A stretch of 45,099 nt of DNA from an uncultured virus (IMG/VR IMGVR_UViG_2061766007_000929) (Duplodnaviria; Heunggongvirae; Uroviricota; Caudoviricetes). The stretch lies in IMG/VR virus record IMGVR_UViG_2061766007_000929. One strand, given 5' to 3'. Positions 8,311-18,900 of this stretch are shown here, in pieces. The translations under genes and the position numbers were made by a program. The notes beneath the pieces are model-generated. The model had not been told where the DNA came from. It was given only the letters and a program-made list of their open reading frames with translations, and did no database searches. Each line of letters starts with the position of its first letter. Positions within the stretch are counted from its first letter, which is position 1.

Positions 8311-8901
8311 ATGGCGGATATAGGGGTAAAAATCGAAGCGTCCGGGTTCGAGACGATAGAGAAAGAAGCAAAGCTGATACTCAACGCGAAAGTCGGCGAA
8401 GAAATATCGAACGCCGTCTACGCGGATATGAAAGACGCTTTGGAAGAGCACATCCGTGACGACGTATACTCTCACGCCATATACGAACCAAAAACGTATT
8501 TGAGAAGAAGCGAACACCGAGGCATGGGCGTGTCCCTCAGAAAAGCCGTGACAAAAAAAGAATATACGCAACAGATAGGCCCCTTCGACTATGCTACGAT
8601 GGAATGGGTTGCCGGTCTTTCCTACGAGCCAACAGGCAAACACGAAAACCTGGATTGGTACGGCGTAGACGGAGACCTGCTTATCGGGAGAATTGAAAAG
8701 AAAGAACCCCCTTACCAATATGAACCCAGAAAGGGAAAGGGAATTCCGGAACGTCCTTTCTGGCAGAACTTTATAGAAGAACTGATCGAGGGCGGCAGAC
8801 TGGAAAGAACCGTAGAAGCGGAACTGAAAAGGCGGGGAATAGCAGAACCCGGCGACCACATTACCGGCGTTATAAGAGATGACGCGGACGGGAACTACTG
8901 A
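8311..8901 (+). CDS. Putative tail component (HK97 gp10-like tail completion protein)
   Basis: SD GGGGGTGA; YEPKTYLRR and C-terminal PERPFW motifs resemble gp10-like proteins. Confidence 0.5.
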   Translation: MADIGVKIEASGFETIEKEAKLILNAKVGEEISNAVYADMKDALEEHIRDDVYSHAIYEPKTYLRRSEHRGMGVSLRKAVTKKEYTQQIGPFDYATMEWVAGLSYEPTGKHENLDWYGVDGDLLIGRIEKKEPPYQYEPRKGKGIPERPFWQNFIEELIEGGRLERTVEAELKRRGIAEPGDHITGVIRDDADGNY

Positions 8902-8924
8902 CGGAAACGAGGCGGTAGAACGAA

Positions 8925-11900
8925 ATGGCAGAGATTAAACTGGTATTCAAGCCGGATTACAGCGAAGTAAGCAAAGCTATCGCAGCGATAAAGAATGACA
9001 TTTCAAAAAGCATCGGGAATGTCAAAATCACCATTGACAGCAGCGGCGCTCAGGCGGCGAAGAAGCTGGCGACAGATCTTCGGGACGTTGCTACACAGGC
9101 GGGACGGCTGGACAAAGAATACGGAACGCTCATGCGGTCTACAACAACCGTGGACAAAGCGACCGGAGACCTTATCCAAAAAACCAGAGAATATCAGAAA
9201 ACGGCACTTACCGCATTCAAAACCGTCGAAGACGCGCAGGGGAACGTCACCGAGTCCGAAATCAAAAACTACAAAGAGCTTGACAAGATCGCGCAGAAGC
9301 AGGCGGATGATTTTGTCAAGCTGAAACGCTATGTCTTTGAGCAGTATAGGAAGTGGGACGAGGAAGACGCCAGAGAAGCTGAAGAAAAGCGGCAGAAAGA
9401 ACTGGAAGCCGAGCGGAAAGCCACCGAAGAAAAGAACAAGCTCAAGCTGCAAATGTCCCGATTCAATCGGGAACAGGACGAGAAGGATGCTGCCGAAGCT
9501 GAAAAGCAGGCCCAGCGTCAGGCGGCGGCACAGAAGAAAGCTGAAGATCAGGTAGTTTCCCTTCGCCGGGAATACGCAAACTTCATTCGGCAGATTGAGG
9601 TACTCAAAGCGCAATACCCGGAAGGAACCTTCGACGAAATCGAAAAAGAAGCACGGGAGGCACAGAGAGAACTTCAGAATCTTGACAGCACCAGCAAGAC
9701 TTTTGTAGGTGACGTTGATCGCCTGAGTTCCGGGCTTAAAAAGGAGAAAGCGCAGCTCGCAGAGGTCAGAGAAGAAACCAATAAACTCGACAAGGTGACG
9801 GAATCCTTCTGGATGAACATTCAGAAGTTCGCCCGCTGGTACATTGGCGGCAACATCGTCACAAAGGTCATCGGAAGCCTGCGGGAAGCCCTTGCCACCA
9901 TGAAAGAGGTGGACACGGAGCTTGCCAATATCCAGAAGGTCACGGACCGTACCGACCAGCAAATGCAGAGAACAGCGGAGGCCGCATACAAGGTGGCGTC
10001 CGCTTACGGCGTTGCCGCGCAGGACTATCTGGAGAGCGTGGCGGAATTTGCCAAGGCCGGTTTCGGAGATCAGTCCGAACAGCTTGCGGAAATTGCCACA
10101 AAGACGCAGCTCGTCGGTGACGTTACCAGCAGCGTAGCCAACAAATTCCTGATTGCTTCCAACGCGGCGTGGAAAATGAACGGCGACATCGCCACTCTGA
10201 ACAAGACGCTGGACGCCGCAAACATCATCGAGAATAACTACGCTACCAGCATCGAAAAGCTGGCAGCAGGTATGCCTATTGTTTCCAGCATTGCAGCGCA
10301 GGCTGGCATGACGTTTGAAGAAACCATAGCCGCCCTTGGAACAATCACAAGCGTCACGCAGGAGACCGGCACCAAGGCAGCCACCGCCCTCCGCGCATTG
10401 ATACTGAACATCCTTGGAGCCGTCGGCGAGTATGAGGACGGAATCGAAATCACGGAAGAATCCGTGAAGTCTTTGGACGGCATCCTCCAGGTCTACGCGA
10501 AAGACGCGCTGGCGGCAGCGAAAGCAGCCGGGACCGTCATCAACCCGATGGAAGCTATCGCCGCGCTTGCCAAGGCCAGCGAGGAAGGTCTCGTCAATCA
10601 GGCGGAACTTTTTGAAGTCCTTTCCAGCTTGGGCGGCAAGCTCCGTACCAACCAACTGACCGCTCTAGTCCAGAACTTCGACATGATGCAGGAGATGCTG
10701 GACAAGACTACGCAGAGCGCCGGAAGCGCAGACAAAGAAATCGGCGTCATGCTGGACACTTGGGAAGCCAAGACCAACATCCTCAAGAACACCTGGACGG
10801 AGTTTATCGCCAATACCATTAACTCCGACTTTATCAAAGGTATTCTGGACATTTCCACGGCAGTCGTAGACTTTGCAGACAATGCCGGTCTTGCCGCTAC
10901 CGCAGCAGCGGGTCTGTTTACCATCTTTAAGGGCAAAGAGGTCATAGGCGCACTCAAAGACGTGCGAGATACCTTTAAGAACCTTGGGGACGTGCTGAAA
11001 GGCACAACCTCCAACATGACGGCTGCGACCACTTCCATTGGCCTCATGATTACGGCCGTCAGCGCCTTTATCATGATTTACCGTCAGGTAGAACAGGCGA
11101 GGCGGGAGTCGCTAGAAAAAGCGGCCACGGAAGCGGCAAGCATTCAGAACCTGACCGACAAATACGATGACCTTACCGAAAAACTCGGAAGCGAAAACCT
11201 GAGCCGGGACGAACTGATTGATCTCCTTAAAAAAACTACGGATAAGTATAACGAAGAATGGGAGAGCATCAACGATGTAAACGAACTGCGTAAAATCGCA
11301 ATCGGCCTCATCGATGATGAAACAAAAGCCAAGGCCCGTCAGTACACCATAGACAACCAGGCAGCCTACCGCATGTCTCAGAACATCCTGTCCGGGGACA
11401 GGAAAGTAAACATGGACTACGGCGGTATCAATCAGCAGTTTTCCTATGAGGAAGCCATAGCGTTTTACGAAAAAGCCATCGACGACGCCATGAAAGCGGA
11501 GAGCATGACCAACGCGCAGGCTCGTGCTCTCGGCGTTCTGACGGACGAGTACAAACGGCTGAAAAAAGAATACGAAGAAGCGACGACCACCGTAGACGCT
11601 TACGAGACTGCGCTTTCCATTCTGGACGGTACTTACCAGCGAGTTGAAGAAAGCGGAAGCGGCGTTGCGGGTCACACACGCGACCTTGGGAATGCGCAGG
11701 ACGGCACATCGAAATACACAAAATCCCTGACGGAAAGGCTTGCGGAAGCCAGCGACGCGGCGACCAAGTACGACACCGCCATCGGAGAAGTCATCACCGC
11801 CATGACGGACTTCGGTGCGGGAAGTATCGAAGTCTACAACGCCATGGTCAAGCTGGAGGCGGAAATCCCCGGCAGCACGGATAAGCTGTATGACTTCGAC

Positions 11901-14498
11901 ACGGCGACTTTGCTTACCAAAGAAAGCGTATTGGGAAGTAAGGACGCCCTTCTGGACTTCATCGACACGCAGAAACAGTTGGAATTCTCCAGCGCCATCA
12001 GCGAATTGGAAGCAGTAGCCGCCGCCTACTGGGACATTGCCGGTGCTGCGGTAGCAGCTATGACGAACCAGCAGGCACAGGCACAGATGGCAGGCGTTCT
12101 GGCATTTACCGGCGCAGGGGCGTCGCAATCTCATTATGATATCGCACAATCTCAGCTTGCAGGGGTCAAGGCACAAAAAGCCGAGTGGGACTCCTATATC
12201 GCCACGCTGCGGGCGCGGAGCAGCTATAAGCCGGACACGAGCAGCGGCGGACGGGGCAGCTATACCCCAGTATCCACTGCACCGGAGAGCACCAAAGACC
12301 CTGAACTGGAACGGCTGAAAGCCATCGTCAGTCTGGAAAAGGCGGAACTCAGTTTCTTGCAGGCCAGCGGGAAAAGCCTGGACGAGATCAACGCCAAGCG
12401 CAAGGTCATTCAGGCGGCGCTCCACGACGAAGCGGAATATCTGCGCGGCCAGCTCGAAATCCTCAAGGCGGAGGAAGTCGCGGAAGAGGACAAGGCGGAG
12501 CATGAAGCCAAGATAAAGGCGCTGGAAGAAGAAATCCTCGGTCTGAGTACCGAGTGGTGGAACATCCAGAAGAACATCAACGACGACCTCGCCAAAGCGG
12601 AGGAAGAGCGCCTCAAGAAGCTGGAAGAAGAAAAGAAACTGCTGGAAGAACAGAAGAAACTCCAGCAGGAGATGTTCGATACCCTCAAGAAGCAGGTTGA
12701 CGAATACTACGACAAGCTCGTTGCCGACAAGGAAAAGGAGCTGACCCTCGAAGAGAGAATCCTTGCGGTACAGCAGGCGGAAGCCGCCCTTGCCAACGCA
12801 CAGAAAGAGCGCACTGTTCGGTACTACAACGCGGAGACGGGTCAGTGGGAGTGGCAGGCCAACGCAAAGAACGTCAAGAGCGCACAGGACGCGCTGAAAA
12901 AGGCGCAGGATGATCTGAACAAGTACCAGCGGGAGCAGGCTTGGAAGGAATTCAAGAGCGCGTGGGAGTACGTCACCGAGCAGATAAAGGCCGGGGCTAT
13001 GACCTTCAAGGAAGCCTACGACTATATGTACGATGCCATGACGCGGATTCAGGACACCTACGGGGTAGACCTGGGTTACGTCCTCGAAGACAGCATCGGC
13101 GGCTTCAAAGACCTGAACTACGGCATCGACGGTCTGACGCAGGAGGTAGCGAACAGCCTGGGGGCCAGCGTGGGCGTACTCAATGAGAAGCTGAAGCAGT
13201 ACGAGACCGCCGTCGGCGCTTTCAAGGATGCCTTTGACGAGGCTTCCGAGAAGATAAAGAACGGCGAGTGGACGATGGAGGACGCCTACTCGTACCTCCG
13301 CGACCGGGCAAAAGAGATAGCCGACAAGTACGGCATCGACATGACCGGGGCGCTGGAAGAAGCCATCGCCGGGATGGACAAGACCAACATGAGCATCGAC
13401 GAGCTGTGGAAAGCCGTCATCATCAATCTCATGAAGGTGAACTCCGCCCGGTGGTTCGACGCCAACGACGAAGAAAAGGCAATGCTCCACGCGCAGAACG
13501 AATATCTCGGAAAGCTGATCGGCGCGACCTACGACCCCAGCGGCTACTGGTATCTCAACGGAAGCCAGCTCTACGGCAGCCAGAAAGGCGTGGACTACAG
13601 CGCCAAGACCTCCGGCTGGGGGAACTTTACCGGACGCGGAGGGGGCTACGGAAGCGCCGGAGGCTCCGGCGGAGGGAGTGTAAGCGGCGGCGGAAGCGGT
13701 GGAACTGGTTCCGGAAACGTCGGGGTCATTACGGCGGTCACGGGATCTAACGGGAAACCCAAATACCGGCTTTACGACGGGAGCGAATACGACACCCTTC
13801 AGGATGCGGTAGAGGCCAACGCTGCCAAGAGCATGGCCGAAGTCAGAAAGGGAATATACGGCGCTCCAATGAACGCCTATACAAACCCGCTGCGATGGAC
13901 GGACCCCGAAGCTTGGGCGCAATACTCCAATCTCATGGAAGCCGACCCTGAATACGCGGCAAAATTGCTGCAACTGGAAGACATGGTGGCCTCCGGTGCT
14001 CCGCAGGAGGAAATCACAGCCCTGATAAACTCCCTGCATTCCGGCGAGGGAGGCACTTTCGGAAGCATCCGGGGAGATACGACGACCGGCTGGGTGCGGG
14101 CGGTAGACGGAAACGCCAACGGAGAACACCTGCTGATCCTGAACGGACAACTGTACCAGACCGGCGTGAATGCCGGAAGCACGATACAGGACCTTTGGGG
14201 AAACCGCTGGGCAGTAGGAGAAGACGGGAAAACGCTGACCCCCGTAGAATCCGCGTGGGGCAACGGGATGATGGACCTTGCCAACAGCGACTTGGGAATG
14301 ATGGACTCCGGCGGATTTGAAACGGCGGACATCCCCGTAAGCGCGGGGGCGGTCACGACCACCAACACGAACACCACCAGCGGAGATACTTACAACATCA
14401 ACGGAATCAGAATCGGCGAAAGCGATGCCAAAAGCATGACCGTGGCAGACCTGGCGAGGTTGGCGGGCGGCCTTGGGCAATACAAAGGCGCGGTCTGA
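8925..14498 (+). CDS. Tail tape measure protein (TP901-family core)
   Basis: 1857 aa, coiled-coil and Ala-rich; DTELANIQKVT...AEFAKAG...ENNYATS...TFEETIAAL...ATALRAL core; hydrophobic segments. Confidence 0.92.
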   Translation: MAEIKLVFKPDYSEVSKAIAAIKNDISKSIGNVKITIDSSGAQAAKKLATDLRDVATQAGRLDKEYGTLMRSTTTVDKATGDLIQKTREYQKTALTAFKTVEDAQGNVTESEIKNYKELDKIAQKQADDFVKLKRYVFEQYRKWDEEDAREAEEKRQKELEAERKATEEKNKLKLQMSRFNREQDEKDAAEAEKQAQRQAAAQKKAEDQVVSLRREYANFIRQIEVLKAQYPEGTFDEIEKEAREAQRELQNLDSTSKTFVGDVDRLSSGLKKEKAQLAEVREETNKLDKVTESFWMNIQKFARWYIGGNIVTKVIGSLREALATMKEVDTELANIQKVTDRTDQQMQRTAEAAYKVASAYGVAAQDYLESVAEFAKAGFGDQSEQLAEIATKTQLVGDVTSSVANKFLIASNAAWKMNGDIATLNKTLDAANIIENNYATSIEKLAAGMPIVSSIAAQAGMTFEETIAALGTITSVTQETGTKAATALRALILNILGAVGEYEDGIEITEESVKSLDGILQVYAKDALAAAKAAGTVINPMEAIAALAKASEEGLVNQAELFEVLSSLGGKLRTNQLTALVQNFDMMQEMLDKTTQSAGSADKEIGVMLDTWEAKTNILKNTWTEFIANTINSDFIKGILDISTAVVDFADNAGLAATAAAGLFTIFKGKEVIGALKDVRDTFKNLGDVLKGTTSNMTAATTSIGLMITAVSAFIMIYRQVEQARRESLEKAATEAASIQNLTDKYDDLTEKLGSENLSRDELIDLLKKTTDKYNEEWESINDVNELRKIAIGLIDDETKAKARQYTIDNQAAYRMSQNILSGDRKVNMDYGGINQQFSYEEAIAFYEKAIDDAMKAESMTNAQARALGVLTDEYKRLKKEYEEATTTVDAYETALSILDGTYQRVEESGSGVAGHTRDLGNAQDGTSKYTKSLTERLAEASDAATKYDTAIGEVITAMTDFGAGSIEVYNAMVKLEAEIPGSTDKLYDFDTATLLTKESVLGSKDALLDFIDTQKQLEFSSAISELEAVAAAYWDIAGAAVAAMTNQQAQAQMAGVLAFTGAGASQSHYDIAQSQLAGVKAQKAEWDSYIATLRARSSYKPDTSSGGRGSYTPVSTAPESTKDPELERLKAIVSLEKAELSFLQASGKSLDEINAKRKVIQAALHDEAEYLRGQLEILKAEEVAEEDKAEHEAKIKALEEEILGLSTEWWNIQKNINDDLAKAEEERLKKLEEEKKLLEEQKKLQQEMFDTLKKQVDEYYDKLVADKEKELTLEERILAVQQAEAALANAQKERTVRYYNAETGQWEWQANAKNVKSAQDALKKAQDDLNKYQREQAWKEFKSAWEYVTEQIKAGAMTFKEAYDYMYDAMTRIQDTYGVDLGYVLEDSIGGFKDLNYGIDGLTQEVANSLGASVGVLNEKLKQYETAVGAFKDAFDEASEKIKNGEWTMEDAYSYLRDRAKEIADKYGIDMTGALEEAIAGMDKTNMSIDELWKAVIINLMKVNSARWFDANDEEKAMLHAQNEYLGKLIGATYDPSGYWYLNGSQLYGSQKGVDYSAKTSGWGNFTGRGGGYGSAGGSGGGSVSGGGSGGTGSGNVGVITAVTGSNGKPKYRLYDGSEYDTLQDAVEANAAKSMAEVRKGIYGAPMNAYTNPLRWTDPEAWAQYSNLMEADPEYAAKLLQLEDMVASGAPQEEITALINSLHSGEGGTFGSIRGDTTTGWVRAVDGNANGEHLLILNGQLYQTGVNAGSTIQDLWGNRWAVGEDGKTLTPVESAWGNGMMDLANSDLGMMDSGGFETADIPVSAGAVTTTNTNTTSGDTYNINGIRIGESDAKSMTVADLARLAGGLGQYKGAV

Positions 14499-14521
14499 TA
14501 AACGAAGGGGGAAAATAAGCC

Positions 14522-15955
14522 ATGCTATTTCAAGCCACCAACGTAATCCCCGATTTGAAAAGTGGTATCGGGCTTGGCGTCATCGACGCGACGCTGCCCA
14601 TGAAGGTCTCGTGGCAGGTGAACGGAGATTACCCGGTCATGACGGGCATGAAGATAACCATATACCTGAATAACGAGGCCAGTACGCAGAAGTACACGAC
14701 GGGGAAGGTCACGTTTTCAACACCGTTCTACGGAGCAGACGCACTGGGAGAACTGCAATACTACAGCTATACCATCAGCGCCTCCGCCCTGAGCGGCGCT
14801 GGGGTCACCAACGGGAACGAATACAAGATGGTGATTACCCAGTATTACGACGACAACGGGGAGGAGGCCAGCGTGACGCAGAGCAGCGCAAGTGTTTTCA
14901 TCACGCGGAGCAACCCCAGCTTCAATCTGGCTTCCGTCCCCGCCACGGTGACGAGCAGCGCCTATACTTTCACGCTTACCTATTCACAGGCGCAGGGGGA
15001 CACCCTGGACTGGGTGCGGTACGAGATCGCGCAGGGAAGCAACACGGAAAACCCCATCTACGACAGCGGCAACATCTACGGCGCGGCGGTATATACCTGC
15101 ACCTACCGTGGCTTCCGCAGCGGATTCAATTACAGCTTCCGGGCCACCGGACAGACCAGCAGCGGCGTTCTTCTCAGCACGGGCTGGCAGACATTTACCG
15201 TCAGCTACAGCGTGACGCCTACCACGGGGACCGTGACGGTCGGGGTGCAGAAGGACGTGAACGGCGTCATCATCGACTGGACCGGACTAAGTACGGCCAG
15301 CGGTCAAAGCAGATGGGCTATATTCAGAGAACAGGATGGAAGCGGCGTTCTGGTGAAAGTCGCGGATGTGGGCGTAGGCGTCAGAAGCATTACGGACTAC
15401 GGCTGCGCCAGCGGACAAGGCCCCTACGACTATCTCGTAGCTGCGACAAACAGCGCCGGTTCCATCATCGGAAGCCCGGTTCAGAGCACCGCCATAAGCC
15501 CCGTCTTTTACCGCTGGACGCTGCTGACCACAAGCCAAAACGGGGACGGGAGTTTTACGGTCAGTACGCAATTCCACTTCAAATACAACATGGAACCGGG
15601 AAGCATCTCCAACAACAACGCCCCCAACGTACTGCAAAACTTCACTGCGAACCCAACGGTGCAGCCTGCACCGCAGAACTACCGCAGCGGAGTGCTGAAG
15701 GCCCTTGTGGGGACGGTGACGAACGGAAGGTATACAGACAGCCTGACGATCAGAAACGCGCTGACGGCGCTCAGCGTCACGCAGGAGCCGTTGTTCCTCA
15801 AGAGCAGCAAGGGAGACGTGATGCGCGTCCGCTTCAACGGAGCTGTGACGACTGCGACCAACGAAAAAACTGAGTCTCTTGCGCAGACGGTGTCGGTTCC
15901 GTGGATCGCGCTCGAAGACGCGGCAGAGACCGGGATTTGGGGTATCCCCTCTTAA
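14522..15955 (+). CDS. Putative distal tail/baseplate protein with FN3/Ig-like domains
   Basis: Directly after the tape measure gene; beta-rich S/T/Y composition. Confidence 0.6.
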   Translation: MLFQATNVIPDLKSGIGLGVIDATLPMKVSWQVNGDYPVMTGMKITIYLNNEASTQKYTTGKVTFSTPFYGADALGELQYYSYTISASALSGAGVTNGNEYKMVITQYYDDNGEEASVTQSSASVFITRSNPSFNLASVPATVTSSAYTFTLTYSQAQGDTLDWVRYEIAQGSNTENPIYDSGNIYGAAVYTCTYRGFRSGFNYSFRATGQTSSGVLLSTGWQTFTVSYSVTPTTGTVTVGVQKDVNGVIIDWTGLSTASGQSRWAIFREQDGSGVLVKVADVGVGVRSITDYGCASGQGPYDYLVAATNSAGSIIGSPVQSTAISPVFYRWTLLTTSQNGDGSFTVSTQFHFKYNMEPGSISNNNAPNVLQNFTANPTVQPAPQNYRSGVLKALVGTVTNGRYTDSLTIRNALTALSVTQEPLFLKSSKGDVMRVRFNGAVTTATNEKTESLAQTVSVPWIALEDAAETGIWGIPS

Positions 15956-15975
15956 AATACGGGGAGGTGGAACGA

Positions 15976-18900
15976 ATGGCAACATACAATCTTTGGGACG
16001 GTATTCCGGACAAGCTGCTGACCGGCGATATCCTGAACTACACTTACCGCAATTCCGACGGACGGAGGGGCCAAAGCTTACAGATGGCGCTGCCGAAGGG
16101 GATATATCGGCTGGAAGCATGGGGCAGCGCCGCCGGTTACTTTGAAGAACGTCTCGGCGGATGGAGCGCCGGAACTGCGGACGGCTCTGGAGGATATGCG
16201 GCGGGTACACTGACGCTGAGCGCCAAAGCAACCGTTTTCCTTACTCCGGGAGGCGTGGGCTACAACGGAGGGCAAGCCAGACATTACAGCTACAGTACCA
16301 GAGATTACTACTTCGGCAGCGGCGGGGGAAGCGATATAAGGATCGGGCAAAACAGCCTGTATCACCGCGTCCTGACGGCAGGAGGAGGCGGGCAATCCGG
16401 ATATTACACGAATACGTGGAGCGGCGTCGGCGGAGACCTGAACGCCGGAGGCGGCGGAGGGGCTTCCGGACTGGCCGGTGGAAGCGGACGTTACGGACAG
16501 GGCGGTACGCAGACCGGAGGAGGCGCGACGGGCGCGGGCTACAACCTGCAAAATCACTGGTACAGCAACGGCATTTTCGGGGCCGGTGGATACTGGCAAA
16601 ACAGCAGCTTCACCGAGCAGGGAATGGGAGGCGGAGGCTGGTACGGCGGTGGGGCCGGTGGGACGCAGACTACGGGGACAGCCCCGAACGTGGTAGAGTA
16701 CGTCTATCCCGGAGGGGGCGGCAGCGGCTTTGTACTGACATCCTCCACGGCAGGAAGCGTTCCAAGCGGCTACGCGCTTGGGAGCAGCTATTGGCTGACG
16801 GACGCTTCTACTATCAGCGGGCAGGAAGGCAGCACCATCACGGAGCCGGACGGAACAACGGCGGCGGCAGGACATCGGGGTGAAGGCTATATTCGCATCA
16901 CCGTCATCCAGGGCCAGCTTGCAAGCCCAACGGTCACGGGAATCACCTATCCGACAGAGGGAACAGTGCAGATCGCCTTTACCGCCGTGACCAACGCCAG
17001 CGCATACAAGGTGTACGACGGCAGTGGGAATCTTCTGAGCACGATCTCCTCCTCGCCCTACACGGAGACTGGGATCGACGACGGCGAGGCTTATACGAGG
17101 CAGATAGCGGCGTGGTCCGCATCCTACGCGGAGAGCGAGCCGACGGTGGTGAACTACACCTCACAAGGCAAACTGGACACACCGACGAATCTGAGGGCGA
17201 GCTATACAAGCACATCCACGACGATACAATGGAATGCGGTGGCCGGAGCTTCCAGCTATACTGTCAAGAAAAACGGGACTACCGTCGCCAGCGTAAACAC
17301 GGAAAAGTACGTGGATTCCAGCGCCGGGGCCGGAGTCAGCGTCTTTTATACCGTCACCGCAAAGGCAAGCGGACGGTGGGACAGCGACGCGGCAAGCATC
17401 AGTACAGCCAACAAGCCCCAGCTTCCCAATGTGACGAACCTGAATTACACGCAGACGGTAAGCACCGTCAGCCTGACGTGGGCTGCGGCTTCTGGAGCGA
17501 CCGGATATGACGTTTACAGGGACGGAACCAAGGTGGGAAGCACCAGCGCGACCAGCTACACGGATATCGGCACGAACCCCGGAACCAACTACGTTTACAC
17601 GGTGTACGCAAAAGCAAACGGATATTACGACAGCACTGGGACCAGCATCACCGTGGCGGTCCGCCCGCAGATCGAAACGCCTGACCTGATCGAAGCCAGC
17701 CAGACTTCCACCGACGTCGTGCTTAATTGGACACTCAGAAACTACGGAACGACGGTGACATACACACTGAAGCGGGACGGGGTCACCATCTATCAGGGAC
17801 ACGCAAAGACCTACAGCGATACGGGACTTACCACTGGGCAGACCTATATTTATTCTCTGACGGCGGCAATCCCCGGAAGCGGCTACTACGACTCCAATCC
17901 TGCCGTTTTGTATGTCCTTGTCGGGCGTGATCTCAACACCATCGAGCGGCAAAAGGACTATCTGAAGCAGCTCCGAACTCCTTTTATAAAGCTCTGCCGT
18001 CTGCGCTTCCTGAATCCCAACGGAACTACTGCCTACGCGCTTGATAACAACCCGCGCAACAAGCGAAGCCACGCCTTTATCGCCAGCGGTACGGTGACTG
18101 CTAATCTTCAGAACGGGCAGAGGCTCAGCGCCACGGTGACGCTGGACAACGCGGACTTGGCCTTTGAAACCACCGTAAACAAGGTGTGGTTTGGACAGGA
18201 GATTGCGCTGGACGAAGGGCTTGTCCTCTCGGACGGGAGCGAATACTACCGGCAAACCGGGGTATTCGTTATCGACAACCCGCAGGAGAAAATAGACCCG
18301 AAGACAAAGAGCGTGACTTATCGCTTGCTGGACAAATGGGCGGAGCTGGACGGGACTTTGGGTGGGAAGCTGGAGGGCACATACGAAGTTCCAGTGGGCA
18401 CGAATATCTTTGAGCCCATCACGGAGCTTTTGGCAGAGGACCGGGGGAATGGACTTCCCCTGGACAATATGACCCCCGTTTACACGGAGTATTACAACGG
18501 GAAAACGCAGGAGCTGACGGACGGAACGGTAGCCTCCATGACGGACAGCCCCTACACGCTGACGGTGAACGGAGACGGAGGCACGAAAGCACAGATCATC
18601 ATCGGTCTGGCCGGAATGGTGAACGCATGGGTGGGCTACGACAACACCGGCAGGCTGCGCGTCGATCCAAGCCAGGATGACATCCTGGATATCAACAAGC
18701 CGGTGCTCTGGCGTTTTACCCCGGAGGAAGCACAACTCCTTGGAATGGCTTACACTGTCAAGAAAGAAGACGTTTACAACGACTATATCGTTGTGGGGGA
18801 AATGCTGGACGATTACTCGCAGCCCGGAGGACGGGCGACGAACTATGACCCGCGCAGCGATACCAACGTATATCTCATCGGGAGAAAGACAAAGTACGAA

